A stretch of 64,000 nt of DNA from an uncultured Gammaproteobacteria bacterium (GCA_964402425.1 CAYOCD010000001.1:163442-227441), one strand, 5' to 3'. Shown: positions 30,672-41,248, counted from the stretch's first letter. A program made the numbers and translations. Notes: generated by a model not told the origin, from the sequence alone.

Positions 30672-31444
30672 ACATGTTTGCATGCCTCTCGCATGGAGAC
30701 AGCGGGAATAACGGGAAAGTGAGCGATGATAAGAGATTCGATTGTTTCGTGAAAAGAAGCAAGGGTGTTTCCTGATAAATGCGGACGGAGTTGCTCTGGA
30801 AATTCTTGTGTGAGAGCGAAGCGCAAAAGTTTTAGTGTAACGTCATCAATGAGACGTGCGGAAAACCATTGCTCGCGATCTTTTTCAAAACAGATTGAAC
30901 AGATCACTCCCCCTTTAAGGGCATGCCATCGATAATTTCCCTCGCGAATCGCAAGGCGACACACAAGACAATGGCTCAATTCTGGATGATACCCGAGATG
31001 GGATAAAAATTTCAAGGCAAACGTCGCAAGCAGAAATCCGGCGCGTTCGGCCGTAATTTCAGGGATTTTTTCAACAAATTCAAGCCAATTCATCAAAAAA
31101 TCATATAAATCTTCGTCGAGTTCGTGGGTGCGCGTCCCAAGATCCACGAAGGCAAACGCGTTTTGAACGAGTGTTGTCTTTGTTAAATTCTCGTATACAG
31201 ATCTGAATCCACGCAGTCGATCTGTTCCTGCGACAGTAAAATACTGTCGGCCGTCGACAAGTAGCAGTCGAACTTCTGCGTGCGCTTCAAGATGCGGAGT
31301 GAGTTTTGCAAGTGGCTTTGATCCTCCACGCGCCACAAACTCAATCTTTCCATGCTCCCGCGTAAACGCAGAATACGACCGATCATGTTCTCTATAAGGC
31401 CGCCACGAAAGCACGAGCGCCGTTGTCTCGAACAATACAGACAT
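30668..31444 (-). CDS. recO: DNA repair protein RecO
   Basis: E.DR...FTREHGKI...ARG, GYHPELSHCLVC...GGVICSIC. Confidence 0.9.
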   Translation of the reverse strand: MSVLFETTALVLSWRPYREHDRSYSAFTREHGKIEFVARGGSKPLAKLTPHLEAHAEVRLLLVDGRQYFTVAGTDRLRGFRSVYENLTKTTLVQNAFAFVDLGTRTHELDEDLYDFLMNWLEFVEKIPEITAERAGFLLATFALKFLSHLGYHPELSHCLVCRLAIREGNYRWHALKGGVICSICFEKDREQWFSARLIDDVTLKLLRFALTQEFPEQLRPHLSGNTLASFHETIESLIIAHFPVIPAVSMREACKHV

Positions 31445-31445
31445 A

Positions 31446-31838
31446 TTAAACGCGATTCAAGTACGATTGAAGAATGATCATGGCCGCAAGCGCATCTTCT
31501 TCTGCTTCCGCCCCTTCCTCATTCATCAACCGACGACTTTCCGCTGTTGTGAACGATTCGTCTTCTTCTTCAATCGGGAGGTCTGTAAACTTTTTTAACT
31601 TGTCGACAAACGCACGAACAATCGCGATTTGTTTTTCGTTCGAATGATTTCCAACCGCACTTGGAATCCCAATGACAACTCCTTCCATATCCTCTTTTTT
31701 GAGAATCGAAACAATATCCCGAATCGCTTCGTCTCCTTGTTTCCAGATCACTTCAAGCGGCACAGCAATTTTTGTTTCTGTGTCACCAAACGCGAGTCCG
31801 ATTTTTCGTTTACCGTAGTCGATTCCAAGGAGGCGCAT
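31446..31838 (-). CDS. yqgF: YqgF/RuvX pre-16S rRNA nuclease
   Basis: LGIDYGKRKIGLA, DESFTT, DALAAMIILQ. Confidence 0.92.
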   Translation of the reverse strand: MRLLGIDYGKRKIGLAFGDTETKIAVPLEVIWKQGDEAIRDIVSILKKEDMEGVVIGIPSAVGNHSNEKQIAIVRAFVDKLKKFTDLPIEEEDESFTTAESRRLMNEEGAEAEEDALAAMIILQSYLNRV

Positions 31839-31840
31839 AC

Positions 31841-32161
31841 TTAAAGTTCTTTCGAAGAAATAATCTTCTTTCCCACCGCACCCGCGAACAATCGAATCGC
31901 CGGGCGGTCTTCTTTTTTATATATGATTGGAACTCCGAGAAGTGTTTTACATTTCGGACATTCGAGATTCGACTTCAGCCATTTATGTGTGTCGACATTC
32001 ACCATCCGATCAAGATACATCCGTTTCAGAATTCCCGGTCCGTCTTTTTGATAAATCACAATCGGCGCTATGCACGATTCGCAAAACACCTGAAGCCAAC
32101 GCGAAAATCCTCCGCGTGCTTTTTTGAACTTATCCGATTGGAATTTTGAATTTTTAGACAC
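31841..32161 (-). CDS. Conserved hypothetical zinc-ribbon protein
   Basis: CESC...YQKDGPG.LKRMY.DR...CPKC; in operon. Confidence 0.7.
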   Translation of the reverse strand: MSKNSKFQSDKFKKARGGFSRWLQVFCESCIAPIVIYQKDGPGILKRMYLDRMVNVDTHKWLKSNLECPKCKTLLGVPIIYKKEDRPAIRLFAGAVGKKIISSKEL

Positions 32162-32163
32162 AG

Positions 32164-32496
32164 TTATTTTAACTTTGCTTTTCTACGCGCTTCATAATTC
32201 CATGGAGTCTCTTTTGAGATACGATCAGGTCCCGCATCAAAAACATACTCCTCGATAAATGGAATAACGATATCTCTGTGAAACTTTTCTCCACGAAACT
32301 TATCTGAATCATTCCAAATATAGACTATTGCTTGAGCTTTCCCGCCCATACGTAAAGCTTTAACAACTTTCCGAAGTGATGTGGACTTTATATCTTCCAG
32401 TTCAAGTCCATTTTCTTTCATGAGAGTCTGCAGCTGATCCGCAACCATATTCCCTTCTGCAATTTCGCGCTCAATTTGTTCGCGTCCTTCAGACAT
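32164..32496 (-). CDS. Hypothetical protein
   Basis: In-operon ORF, 110 aa. Confidence 0.6.
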   Translation of the reverse strand: MSEGREQIEREIAEGNMVADQLQTLMKENGLELEDIKSTSLRKVVKALRMGGKAQAIVYIWNDSDKFRGEKFHRDIVIPFIEEYVFDAGPDRISKETPWNYEARRKAKLK

Positions 32497-32505
32497 ATAA
32501 AAATG

Positions 32506-33288
32506 TTAGATGGGTAATGGTGTCAAAATTTCTGTACCGTTTTTTGTGATCGCAATCGTTACTTCAAAATGCGCACCAATCGACCCATCCGCCATAACAA
32601 CCGCCCAACCGTCATCTGCAGTATCAACGCGATAATCTCCACCCATCCCAAACATCGGCTCAAGGGCAAGACACATTCCTTCTTTCAATTTTACAAATGG
32701 ATATTGTGGCGAAACAAAATTCGGCACGTGTGGTTTCTCATGTACCGCATGACCAACTCCGTGACCAACAAGCGCACGAACATTTCCGTATTTATGTGGT
32801 TTCACAATTTTTTCAATTGCGGTACTAATGTCTTTCACATCACCACCGACATGTGCAGCCGCGACTCCTGCGAGCAGGGCTTCTTTTGTGACCGCAAGAA
32901 GTTTTACAATCTTCTCAGGTGGATTCTCACCGACATAAACTGAAACAGCCATGTCTGTACACAATCCTTTGTACCAGCATCCAATGTCGAGTCCGAGAAC
33001 ATCCCCTTCGATAAGGACACGATCGCGATTTCCGAGTCCATGCACAATCTCTTCATTTACGGAAAGACAAATCGTACTTGGAAATGGTGTATCCAATGGC
33101 GAAGATTTGTAATGCAAAAATGATGGCGTTGCGCCTTCTGCCCGCATGCTCGCCTCACCAATCGCATCAATCTCACGAAGAGTCATTCCTGGACGCACCG
33201 AATCAACCGCGGCTTTAAGCGCACGGGAGAGAATGTGGCCACCTTCGCGCATGGCGTCGATTTCTTGTGGAGTCTTAATGAGGGACAT
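32506..33288 (-). CDS. map: Methionine aminopeptidase type I
   Basis: SVNEEIVHG, DIG...TDMA, GHGVG..HE, EPM, AHFE. Confidence 0.95.
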   Translation of the reverse strand: MSLIKTPQEIDAMREGGHILSRALKAAVDSVRPGMTLREIDAIGEASMRAEGATPSFLHYKSSPLDTPFPSTICLSVNEEIVHGLGNRDRVLIEGDVLGLDIGCWYKGLCTDMAVSVYVGENPPEKIVKLLAVTKEALLAGVAAAHVGGDVKDISTAIEKIVKPHKYGNVRALVGHGVGHAVHEKPHVPNFVSPQYPFVKLKEGMCLALEPMFGMGGDYRVDTADDGWAVVMADGSIGAHFEVTIAITKNGTEILTPLPI

Positions 33289-33940
33289 AGCAGAATTGTT
33301 CAATGGCGTCGACGAGTCGTTTTTGGACTTCTTCCACCGTACCAAGACCATCAACGTGATGAATTGGAATTCCTGTTTGGACGTATTCGTCGATCACAGC
33401 AAATGTTTCTGTTTGATAAATTTGTAATCGTTTTTCGATCGCTTCAGGTACATCATCTTTTCTGACAAACAATGTTCCGCCATCCGGTGTTTTTTCTCCG
33501 GCAACATGCCCATCTTTTGTGCTGTAAATTTTTCCCGTCTTGTCATCAGTCAATCGTCCTTTCAAACGTTCAAGCGAAACATCATGTGGAATGTGAATGA
33601 TAATCAGATGCGATGGACGATCAAAATCAAATGCCTTCGCCTGCGCGCGATCACGTGGAAAACCATCAAGAATGTATCCATCCTTCGCATCAGGATTCGC
33701 AAGACGACGCTTTAACAAATCGGCGGCGTCCATGTCTGCAATCAATTTTCCTTCTTCCACAATTGGCGCAAATCGCTTTCCCACATCTGAACCTGTCGAA
33801 ATCTCATCACGAATCAACTGCCCCATGCTGAACGTTGGGATGCCGAATTCTTCCGAAAGTAAGTGAGCTTGAGTTCCCTTTCCGCTTCCTTGAGGTCCAA
33901 ATAAAATGACCTTGTAGGGCTTGTTTTGAAGTTGATGCAT
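33275..33940 (-). CDS. adk: Adenylate kinase
   Basis: GPQGSGKGTQ, YILDGFPR, RKDD. Confidence 0.93.
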   Translation of the reverse strand: MHQLQNKPYKVILFGPQGSGKGTQAHLLSEEFGIPTFSMGQLIRDEISTGSDVGKRFAPIVEEGKLIADMDAADLLKRRLANPDAKDGYILDGFPRDRAQAKAFDFDRPSHLIIIHIPHDVSLERLKGRLTDDKTGKIYSTKDGHVAGEKTPDGGTLFVRKDDVPEAIEKRLQIYQTETFAVIDEYVQTGIPIHHVDGLGTVEEVQKRLVDAIEQFCYVPH

Positions 33941-34055
33941 ACTGTATTGAATGTGAAGAGTAAGCCCCTCATTCTCATCTCGACGGACAGGAATGAATGC
34001 TTGGGTAGTATAGCAAATATCGGATTTTTGGCGAGAAAAAAGCCCCGATGAACCA

Positions 34056-34454
34056 TCAGGGCTTAAGGATCCTAAAAGAGGTACATTTCTTACGTCGATT
34101 CCTTCCGAACTCTTTCACTCCTCCGCGATACTGAACAGAATCTTCATAACGAGACTCAAGTTGAAGTGTCACACCCGGAGTGACAAGGCGGCGACTTGTC
34201 TCTGAAAACCAAGTCCACGGAAACAATTCATCTCCCGACGGATCCTCAGGATCCATTTTTTCCACGACAAATTTCTTTTCCTCACATCTTCGAAACAGAG
34301 TCCGAAAGACAAAACCTTTGTCTGTCACAGAAACGACAGTCCCGATTTGTTGAGACAAGAGCGTTACGGCCGTGGGTTGCTCCTGCCAAAATCTACGAAC
34401 AAGGCCGATTGATGCCATGAGATATCCACCCATTCTTATGTTAAGAAATGCCAA
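34056..34454 (-). CDS. Hypothetical protein inserted between secY and adk
   Basis: ORF of about 120-132 aa with an upstream TTGACG-17 bp-TAAGTT; start uncertain. Confidence 0.5.
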   Translation of the reverse strand: MAFLNIRMGGYLMASIGLVRRFWQEQPTAVTLLSQQIGTVVSVTDKGFVFRTLFRRCEEKKFVVEKMDPEDPSGDELFPWTWFSETSRRLVTPGVTLQLESRYEDSVQYRGGVKEFGRNRRKKCTSFRILKP

Positions 34455-34531
34455 TGAAACTTAGCAAGCAATCATCGCCGCGTCAATGCTGTGCTATCAA
34501 AAAACAGCCCCGAAGAGCTGTTTTCTTTCAT

Positions 34532-35794
34532 TTATAGATCGTACTCACGCATGGTGAGTTGTGCCTCAATCTGTTTCACACTATCAATCACAACTGCGAC
34601 GATAATGAGAATGGATGTTCCACCAATGACGAGATTTTGGCTTCCTGTAAAGTGCTGCACGATGAGTGGCAACACGGCAATAACTGCCAGGAATGTTGCT
34701 CCAAGGAGCAACAAACGATTCGTCACAAAGCTGAGATAATCTGCTGTGTGTTTTCCTGGTCTAATTCCAGGGATGAATCCACCTTGCTTTTGAATATTTT
34801 CCGCCACTTGTTCCGGGTGAAAAATCACCGATGTGTAGAAGTAGGCGAACAAGAAGACAAGAGCAAAGAATGAAACTCCGTAGAAGAGTTGATTTTGGAA
34901 GATTTGCAATACCTGCGTTGCCGCATCACGCAAAAATGGTGTTTTTGCATTCAAGAAAAACTGTGCGAGAACGGTTGGAAACAAGATGATAGAAATTGCG
35001 AAAATGATTGGAATAACTCCACCCATATTCAAACGAATTGGAATGTGTGAGCTGACACCACCCGCAAGACGTGACCCTTGAATATGACGAGCATATTGTA
35101 CAGGAACATTTCTTTGAGCTTCATTCATGATAACAATTCCGATAACAGTCACAATAACGACCACAACGAAAAGGATCAATGTTATGAGCTGACTCTTGTC
35201 ATAAACAGCAAGCGATTGGCTCAAAATGGTTGGAAGTCCTGCTACAATTCCAGAAAGAATAATGATTGAAATTCCATTACCGATATTCTTTTCCGTAATC
35301 AATTCTCCAAGCCACATAAGGAAAATCGTTCCTGCGGTCATACTAATGATCGCAAAAAGAATTGATGTGCTTTGAATTCCTGTAAAAAATTGACCTTGTC
35401 GCGAAAGAAGCAAAATCAAGCTGTAGGCTTGAATAAAGCTTAAAGGCACTGCGAGCCAACGTGTCCACATGCTGATTTTCTGTCTTCCTGATTCTTCTTT
35501 TTGCATTTGCTCAAATGCAGGTACAATCATTCCTAACAATTGGAAAATAATCGACGCTGTGATATAAGGCATGACCCCCATAGCTACAACCGAAAAATTT
35601 TGCAATGTCCCACCGGAAAAAATATTCAAAAGTCCTAGAAATTGATTTTTTGAAAACACTTGTGCAAGTGCACTCGCATCAATTCCTGGAGCAGGAATAT
35701 GTGCTGCAATACGAAAAATCACGAGCATAAGGAGAACAAAGAGCAAGCTTGAGCGTAGCTCTCTTGTTTTCCAGATGCGAAGAAGAGTGTTCAT
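34532..35794 (-). CDS. secY: Preprotein translocase SecY
   Basis: GVMPYITASII, GIGNG-like NIGNGIS, GGFIPGIRPG, GGTSILI. Confidence 0.97.
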   Translation of the reverse strand: MNTLLRIWKTRELRSSLLFVLLMLVIFRIAAHIPAPGIDASALAQVFSKNQFLGLLNIFSGGTLQNFSVVAMGVMPYITASIIFQLLGMIVPAFEQMQKEESGRQKISMWTRWLAVPLSFIQAYSLILLLSRQGQFFTGIQSTSILFAIISMTAGTIFLMWLGELITEKNIGNGISIIILSGIVAGLPTILSQSLAVYDKSQLITLILFVVVVIVTVIGIVIMNEAQRNVPVQYARHIQGSRLAGGVSSHIPIRLNMGGVIPIIFAISIILFPTVLAQFFLNAKTPFLRDAATQVLQIFQNQLFYGVSFFALVFLFAYFYTSVIFHPEQVAENIQKQGGFIPGIRPGKHTADYLSFVTNRLLLLGATFLAVIAVLPLIVQHFTGSQNLVIGGTSILIIVAVVIDSVKQIEAQLTMREYDL

Positions 35795-35830
35795 AGAGGG
35801 AGATTTGAAAGACGAGGATGTTCCGAAAAA

Positions 35831-36265
35831 CTACACAACAGATCCACCAGCTTGTTCAATCTTTTCTTTTGCAGAAGCAGATACAAGGCAACCTTGAAGA
35901 ACAATCTTTGAAGCAATTGTTCCTTTTCCAAGAACTTTAATGGTTGCTGTCGCATCTGTAATAAGTTTTTTTGCAAGCAAGTGTTTTGGGGTAATTTTAC
36001 CTCCATCAATAAACATTTTTGCAAGATCTCCAATATTCAAAACTTGAGCTTTTGGATTCTTTGCTTTAAATCCACGTAATTTTGGTGTGGAAAGAATGAT
36101 TTTGCGCATTCCTTTCAACTTCAATCCAGAAACACCAGAACGTGCCCCTTGTCCTTTAACTCCACGACCGGAGTAAGTTCCTTTAGATCCCAAACCACGA
36201 CCGATATATTTTCGATCCTTTTTTGAGTGTGGACTTGGTTTCAGTGTGTGAAGTGAAAGTGACAT
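35831..36265 (-). CDS. rplO: 50S ribosomal protein uL15
   Basis: GRG.GS.G..SGRG.KGQ.AR; IKVLG; position before secY. Confidence 0.95.
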   Translation of the reverse strand: MSLSLHTLKPSPHSKKDRKYIGRGLGSKGTYSGRGVKGQGARSGVSGLKLKGMRKIILSTPKLRGFKAKNPKAQVLNIGDLAKMFIDGGKITPKHLLAKKLITDATATIKVLGKGTIASKIVLQGCLVSASAKEKIEQAGGSVV

Positions 36266-36269
36266 ACAA

Positions 36270-36857
36270 TTATTTTTTGGAATCATTCAATGATTGAATG
36301 GCAAGAAACGTTGCGTGAGCGATGTTGATTTTATTATTTGAGTTCAAAATTTTTGAAACAGCATTTGGTACACCCGCGTATTCAAGAATAACACGCATTG
36401 CACCCCCGGCTTTTAATCCAGAACCTTTTGGTGCTGGCTTCAACATAACAATTGCAGAACCTAACTTTACCGTTACGGCATGAGGTAAGGTCTCTTGAAC
36501 CATCGGAACAGTGATCAGGGTCTTTTTTGCTTGTCGGTAAGCTTTATCAACAGCAATTTGTACGTCTGCACCTTTTGCAACACCAAATCCAACACGTCCT
36601 TTTCGATCACCAATAACAAGCGCGCAACGGAAAGACATGCGCTTACCACCAGCTGTCACACGTGTAACACGTGCAAGGTCAAGAATTTTTTGATCAAATT
36701 CTCTTGGTTCTTTTTGCTCGCGACCTGGGCGTTTTCCGCCTTTTCCGCGTGTATCACCTTTTCCACCAAAAGATTTTTCCCCAGAAGCAGAACCTGCTCC
36801 GCTGGGCTTTTGGCCAGATGATGTTTTTGGTCGTGTAGTTGTTTGTGCGTTTGTCAT
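36270..36857 (-). CDS. rpsE: 30S ribosomal protein uS5
   Basis: RVTRVTAGGKR, GDRKGRVGFG, PAPKGSG. Confidence 0.96.
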   Translation of the reverse strand: MTNAQTTTRPKTSSGQKPSGAGSASGEKSFGGKGDTRGKGGKRPGREQKEPREFDQKILDLARVTRVTAGGKRMSFRCALVIGDRKGRVGFGVAKGADVQIAVDKAYRQAKKTLITVPMVQETLPHAVTVKLGSAIVMLKPAPKGSGLKAGGAMRVILEYAGVPNAVSKILNSNNKINIAHATFLAIQSLNDSKK

Positions 36858-36864
36858 ACAAAAA

Positions 36865-37215
36865 TTAGAACTTCAAACCACCGGCGCGAGCTCCTTCTGC
36901 CAAAGAAGCAACACGACCATGATAACGAAATGATCCGCGATCAAATACAACCGTTTCCACACCGGCAGCAATCGCTTTTTTCGCGATCATCATACCAACC
37001 TCTTTTGCAACCTCAATAGGTGACGCATCGGATTTCATATCCATATCAGATGAAGAGGCAATTGTAATACCCTTATCATCATTGATGAGCTGAACATAAA
37101 TATGCTTTAAACTGCGCGAAACACTCAAACGAGGTTTGAGTTCAGTTCCATGCATAGCAATACGTGTGCGATGTGCGCGTCGTGCGCGACTAAGTTGTTT
37201 TTTCAATCCGTTCAT
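36865..37215 (-). CDS. rplR: 50S ribosomal protein uL18
   Basis: PRLSVSRS, FDRG..YHGRV. Confidence 0.96.
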   Translation of the reverse strand: MNGLKKQLSRARRAHRTRIAMHGTELKPRLSVSRSLKHIYVQLINDDKGITIASSSDMDMKSDASPIEVAKEVGMMIAKKAIAAGVETVVFDRGSFRYHGRVASLAEGARAGGLKF

Positions 37216-37224
37216 ACGTTTGTG

Positions 37225-37782
37225 TTAAGCAGCTGCCTTTTGTGATTTACCAGCCTTGCGACGAACTACTTCATCTGTATACTTAATTCCCTTTCCTTTA
37301 TATGGTTCAGGCTTTCTTACTTTTCTAATACGTGCAGCAATTTCACCGACAGCCTCATTATCAATTCCGATAATTGTAATGATGTTGCCTTCAACCGTAG
37401 CTGAAATTCCTTCCGGAAGAAGGAACGGGACATCATGCGAATAACCAACAATCAAGTTCAACACACGTCCTTGAAGATTTACGCGATATCCAACTCCATT
37501 TACTTCTAATTTTTTTGTAAATCCTACCGTAACACCCGCAATCATATTTGCAATCAATGTACGTGCGGTTCCCCACTGGGAACGGTTAACCTTTTCTGTT
37601 TCATCTTCCACGGAAACAGTGAGATGTTTTCCTTCCGCATCTTCTGTGAGAGCAAGCGAAACAAGCGGATGAACAGTCCGTGACAAAGATCCTTTTGGTC
37701 CTTTCACCGTAATGAACTTGTCATCAACAGTTAATTCGACACCTTGAGGAATAAGAATGGGTTTTTTTCCAACACGTGACAT
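37225..37782 (-). CDS. rplF: 50S ribosomal protein uL6
   Basis: MSRVGK, GVGYR, PEPYKGKGI. Confidence 0.97.
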   Translation of the reverse strand: MSRVGKKPILIPQGVELTVDDKFITVKGPKGSLSRTVHPLVSLALTEDAEGKHLTVSVEDETEKVNRSQWGTARTLIANMIAGVTVGFTKKLEVNGVGYRVNLQGRVLNLIVGYSHDVPFLLPEGISATVEGNIITIIGIDNEAVGEIAARIRKVRKPEPYKGKGIKYTDEVVRRKAGKSQKAAA

Positions 37783-37793
37783 ATCGTTTTTTT

Positions 37794-38186
37794 CTAATAA
37801 ACTTCACAAATCACTTCCCCACCAAGATGGCGAGCATGTGCTTCTTTATTGGTCATGAGTCCGTTTGATGTGGATACGATTGAAATACCGAGTCCAGACA
37901 AAATGGAGCGCAAATCTTCCGATTTGGTATAAACACGACGTCCTGGCTTACTTACGCGTTGAATAGATTGAATTGCTGGGAGATGATTTGTATATTTCAA
38001 ATCAATTTGAATCATCGGAAATTTTGATTCCGTTGTCATCACAGCTTTTACAATAAATCCTTCTTTTTCAAGAATTTTTGCAATCGCGAACTTGATGTTC
38101 GAGTACGGCAAAGCAAGCGCAGCTTTTTTAACAGCTTGTGCATTACGAATGCGTGTGAGCATGTCTGAGATTGGGTCTGTGATCAT
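37794..38186 (-). CDS. rpsH: 30S ribosomal protein uS8
   Basis: DPISDMLTRIRNA, SKPGRRVY, GGEV. Confidence 0.97.
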   Translation of the reverse strand: MITDPISDMLTRIRNAQAVKKAALALPYSNIKFAIAKILEKEGFIVKAVMTTESKFPMIQIDLKYTNHLPAIQSIQRVSKPGRRVYTKSEDLRSILSGLGISIVSTSNGLMTNKEAHARHLGGEVICEVY

Positions 38187-38187
38187 A

Positions 38188-38373
38188 TTACCAACTTGAT
38201 TTTCTTACACCTGGAATTTCTCCCTTGTTAGCCAATTCCCGAAAACAAATACGGCATAACTGAAACGCGCGCATAAAACCACGGTTTCTACCACACTTCC
38301 AACAACGACGATGGATGCGGGTTGAAAACTTTGGTTGCTTTTTGGATTTCGCAATTTGATTTTCTGTTGCCAT
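38188..38373 (-). CDS. rpsZ: 30S ribosomal protein uS14, zinc-binding type Z
   Basis: RCWKCGR...LCRICFRE...PGVRKSSW. Confidence 0.95.
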   Translation of the reverse strand: MATENQIAKSKKQPKFSTRIHRRCWKCGRNRGFMRAFQLCRICFRELANKGEIPGVRKSSW

Positions 38374-38375
38374 AT

Positions 38376-38918
38376 TTATGCGTCTTGTTTGAGAGGAAGT
38401 CTCAAGTGTTTGAGCAAAGCTTCTGCTTCTTTATCTGTTTTTGCGGAAGTCGCAATTGTTACTTGGATTCCGTGAGTAATTTCAATTTCTTCAGTTGAAA
38501 TTTCAGGAAAAGCCATGTGCTCTTTAAATCCCATTGAATAGTTTCCATTTCCATCAAAAGATTTTTTTGACAAACCACGGAAATCACGGACACGTGGCAA
38601 AGAAACACTGATCAATTTTTCTAGAAAGTCCCACATGCGCTTTCCGCGAAGTGTGACCATTACACCCACAACACTTCCTTCACGAATTTTGAATCCAGCA
38701 ATGGACTTACGTGCTTTTGTAGTAACCGGCTTTTGACCCGTAATTCTCTTTAAGGTATTTTGTGCTGTTTCAAGGAATTTTGCATCTTTCATGCCAGGCC
38801 CAACTCCAATATTCAGTGTCACTGTATTGATTACAGGCACTGCATTCACATTTTTGTACCCAAACTCTTTCATGAGTTCAGGAACGACAGATGTTTTGTA
38901 TGAATCTTTGAGTGACAT
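38376..38918 (-). CDS. rplE: 50S ribosomal protein uL5
   Basis: [21 protein letters not shown]. Confidence 0.97.
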   Translation of the reverse strand: MSLKDSYKTSVVPELMKEFGYKNVNAVPVINTVTLNIGVGPGMKDAKFLETAQNTLKRITGQKPVTTKARKSIAGFKIREGSVVGVMVTLRGKRMWDFLEKLISVSLPRVRDFRGLSKKSFDGNGNYSMGFKEHMAFPEISTEEIEITHGIQVTIATSAKTDKEAEALLKHLRLPLKQDA

Positions 38919-38923
38919 AATGT

Positions 38924-39247
38924 TTATTCAATATCCTCGACAGTTCCTTTTTTTCGAAGCACACGGATCTTTTTCTTTGTACCTTCAGTTTCGATCATCT
39001 TGTATCCAATTCGACCATGAGCTCCAGACTTTTCTGAAACGAGCTGCACGTTAGATATATGAATAGGTGATGGAAATTGAATTTTTTGCCCCGCATGTTC
39101 TCCGCGCCCTTTCATGTGCTTTGTAAGAATGTTAATTCCATCTACAACCACACGCTCGAGACCTGGAAAAACCTGAAGTACTTTCCCTTCTTTGTTTCTA
39201 TCTTTTCCGGTCAAAACCCGGACTTTGTCGCCTGTTTTGATTTTCAT
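38924..39247 (-). CDS. rplX: 50S ribosomal protein uL24
   Basis: KTGDKV.V.TGKD, PIHISNV. Confidence 0.96.
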   Translation of the reverse strand: MKIKTGDKVRVLTGKDRNKEGKVLQVFPGLERVVVDGINILTKHMKGRGEHAGQKIQFPSPIHISNVQLVSEKSGAHGRIGYKMIETEGTKKKIRVLRKKGTVEDIE

Positions 39248-39258
39248 AGAAGGGTGAT

Positions 39259-39630
39259 TTAGAGCACTTCTGGTGCAAGAGAAATAATTTTATTATATCC
39301 ACCAGCACGCAATTCACGAGCAACCGGTCCAAAAATACGTGTACCTTTTGGATCCTTTGTCTTTTTATCAATGATCACAGCTGCGTTTTCATCGAAACGG
39401 ATGTAAGTTCCATCTTTTCGGCGCGTCTCTTTGCGAGTACGCACCATAACAGCGGTGATAACATCACTCTTTTTAACAGCAGCGTGTGGAACAGCTTCCT
39501 TCACAGAGCAAACAACGAGTTCGCCCAAGTGAGCATAGCGCTTTTGGAAGCCTCCGAGTACGCGAATAACCATGAGCTTTTTAGCCCCTGTATTATCTGC
39601 AACTTTGAGCATTGAGAATTCTTGTACCAT
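39259..39630 (-). CDS. rplN: 50S ribosomal protein uL14
   Basis: [28 protein letters not shown]. Confidence 0.97.
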   Translation of the reverse strand: MVQEFSMLKVADNTGAKKLMVIRVLGGFQKRYAHLGELVVCSVKEAVPHAAVKKSDVITAVMVRTRKETRRKDGTYIRFDENAAVIIDKKTKDPKGTRIFGPVARELRAGGYNKIISLAPEVL

Positions 39631-39709
39631 AGATTGAAAATTTGTAGTTGGTCGTTCGAGTCAAGAAATGAATAATCATTCCCTCACATCGAACGACGAA
39701 CTGTTTGTT

Positions 39710-39955
39710 TTACGCAACAACGGTCCAACGTTTCGTCTTCGAAAGAGGACGGCATTCTTTAAATGAGACCATTTGTCCAATTTCATATGTACCCGTTGGT
39801 GCATGCACATGAAACTTTTCACTGCGCACATAACGCTTTCCATATTTTGGATGCACGAGTGTTCGGTCAACACGAACCACAATTGTTTTATCCATTTTGT
39901 TGGATGTAACAACCCCAGTAAATGCGCGTCGAATTGTGCTAATCTTTGTGTTCAT
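39710..39955 (-). CDS. rpsQ: 30S ribosomal protein uS17
   Basis: GVVTSNKMDKT, HPKYGK, ECRPLSKTK. Confidence 0.96.
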   Translation of the reverse strand: MNTKISTIRRAFTGVVTSNKMDKTIVVRVDRTLVHPKYGKRYVRSEKFHVHAPTGTYEIGQMVSFKECRPLSKTKRWTVVA

Positions 39956-39958
39956 ACG

Positions 39959-40153
39959 TTATGTGTTCTTTTGAGATTCGTGGACGAGTGTGCGCATGCG
40001 TGCCATTTGCTTTTTAAGCAAACGAATTTCGCGTACGTTCTTAACTTGATTTGAAGACAACTTGAACTCGAGAGCCTTCAGCTTTTCTCCTGCATCATGA
40101 ATATCATGCAAAAGCGCATCTGGAGTTTTTTGTCGGAGAGTTTTTGCATCCAT
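39959..40153 (-). CDS. rpmC: 50S ribosomal protein uL29
   Basis: Size and position; IR..KK..AR..T. Confidence 0.9.
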   Translation of the reverse strand: MDAKTLRQKTPDALLHDIHDAGEKLKALEFKLSSNQVKNVREIRLLKKQMARMRTLVHESQKNT

Positions 40154-40158
40154 ACAGG

Positions 40159-40578
40159 TTAAGCAATTTCACGAGAAATGATCTTGGTCTTGAGCGGAAG
40201 CTTACTTGCTGCGAGCGTAAGCGCATGACGCGCAAGCTCTTCAGAGATTCCCCCCATTTCGAACATGACTGTTCCAGGACGAATAACTGCAACATAGTGA
40301 TCTACCGCACCCTTTCCTTTACCCATAGGCATTTCTGAACCTTTAGAGGTGACTGGTTTGTCTGGGAAAATTCGGATCCAAACTTTTCCACCACGCTTAA
40401 TGGCACGTGTCATTGCGCGACGAGCAGCTTCAATCTGACGTGAGGTTACCCATGCTTCTGATGTTGCTTTGATAGCAAAATCTCCGAACGCAACGGTTGT
40501 CATGCGAGTAGCAAGACGTTTTCCGCGTGCGCGTCCTTTATGGGATTTGCGATGTTTTACCTTCTTCGGCATTAACAT
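40159..40578 (-). CDS. rplP: 50S ribosomal protein uL16
   Basis: [33 protein letters not shown]. Confidence 0.97.
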   Translation of the reverse strand: MLMPKKVKHRKSHKGRARGKRLATRMTTVAFGDFAIKATSEAWVTSRQIEAARRAMTRAIKRGGKVWIRIFPDKPVTSKGSEMPMGKGKGAVDHYVAVIRPGTVMFEMGGISEELARHALTLAASKLPLKTKIISREIA

Positions 40579-40589
40579 AAATTTCTATC

Positions 40590-41240
40590 CTATGCTTTTT
40601 TATCGAAAACCTCTCCGCGATTAATCCACACCTTAATTCCGATAGCTCCCCAGATTGTACGAGCTGTAACGGAAGCATAATCAATATCTGAACGAAGGGT
40701 ATGTAATGGAATCTTTCCTTGTGCAAGCATTTCTCGACGCGCAATTTCTGATCCATTCAATCGTCCGCTAATGACCACCTTCACTCCTTTTGCACCAGCT
40801 TTTGTAACGCGCTCAAGAGTTCCTTTCATGACACGACGAAATGGCATGCGTTTTTCAATATCAGCAGCAATTTGTTGTCCAACAACCATTGCAGAAAGAG
40901 ATACATTTTGAACCTCTTTTACATTAATGGACATTTTTACTCTCTTTCCAGGAAAAAACTTTGATTTGATTTTTTTTGAAAGATCCTCGATCCCTGTTCC
41001 GCCACGACCAATGATAATTCCTGGCTTTGCGGAGTAAATCTGAATCTTAATTTCCTGACGAGTACGCTCGATTTCAACTTTTTCAATCAACGCATCCTTT
41101 AATGTCTTCATGAGAAACGCACGAATCATGACATCTTCTTGCAAAAGTTTGACGTAATTTTTTGAATCCGCGAACCAAAGACTGTCCCACCCTTGTGTGA
41201 CTCCGATTCTGAACCCTCTTGGATTTACCTTATTTCCCAT
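40590..41240 (-). CDS. rpsC: 30S ribosomal protein uS3
   Basis: MGNKVNP.GFR, PGIIIGRGG, PLHTLRSDIDY. Confidence 0.97.
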   Translation of the reverse strand: MGNKVNPRGFRIGVTQGWDSLWFADSKNYVKLLQEDVMIRAFLMKTLKDALIEKVEIERTRQEIKIQIYSAKPGIIIGRGGTGIEDLSKKIKSKFFPGKRVKMSINVKEVQNVSLSAMVVGQQIAADIEKRMPFRRVMKGTLERVTKAGAKGVKVVISGRLNGSEIARREMLAQGKIPLHTLRSDIDYASVTARTIWGAIGIKVWINRGEVFDKKA

Positions 41241-41248
41241 AGAAGTGA

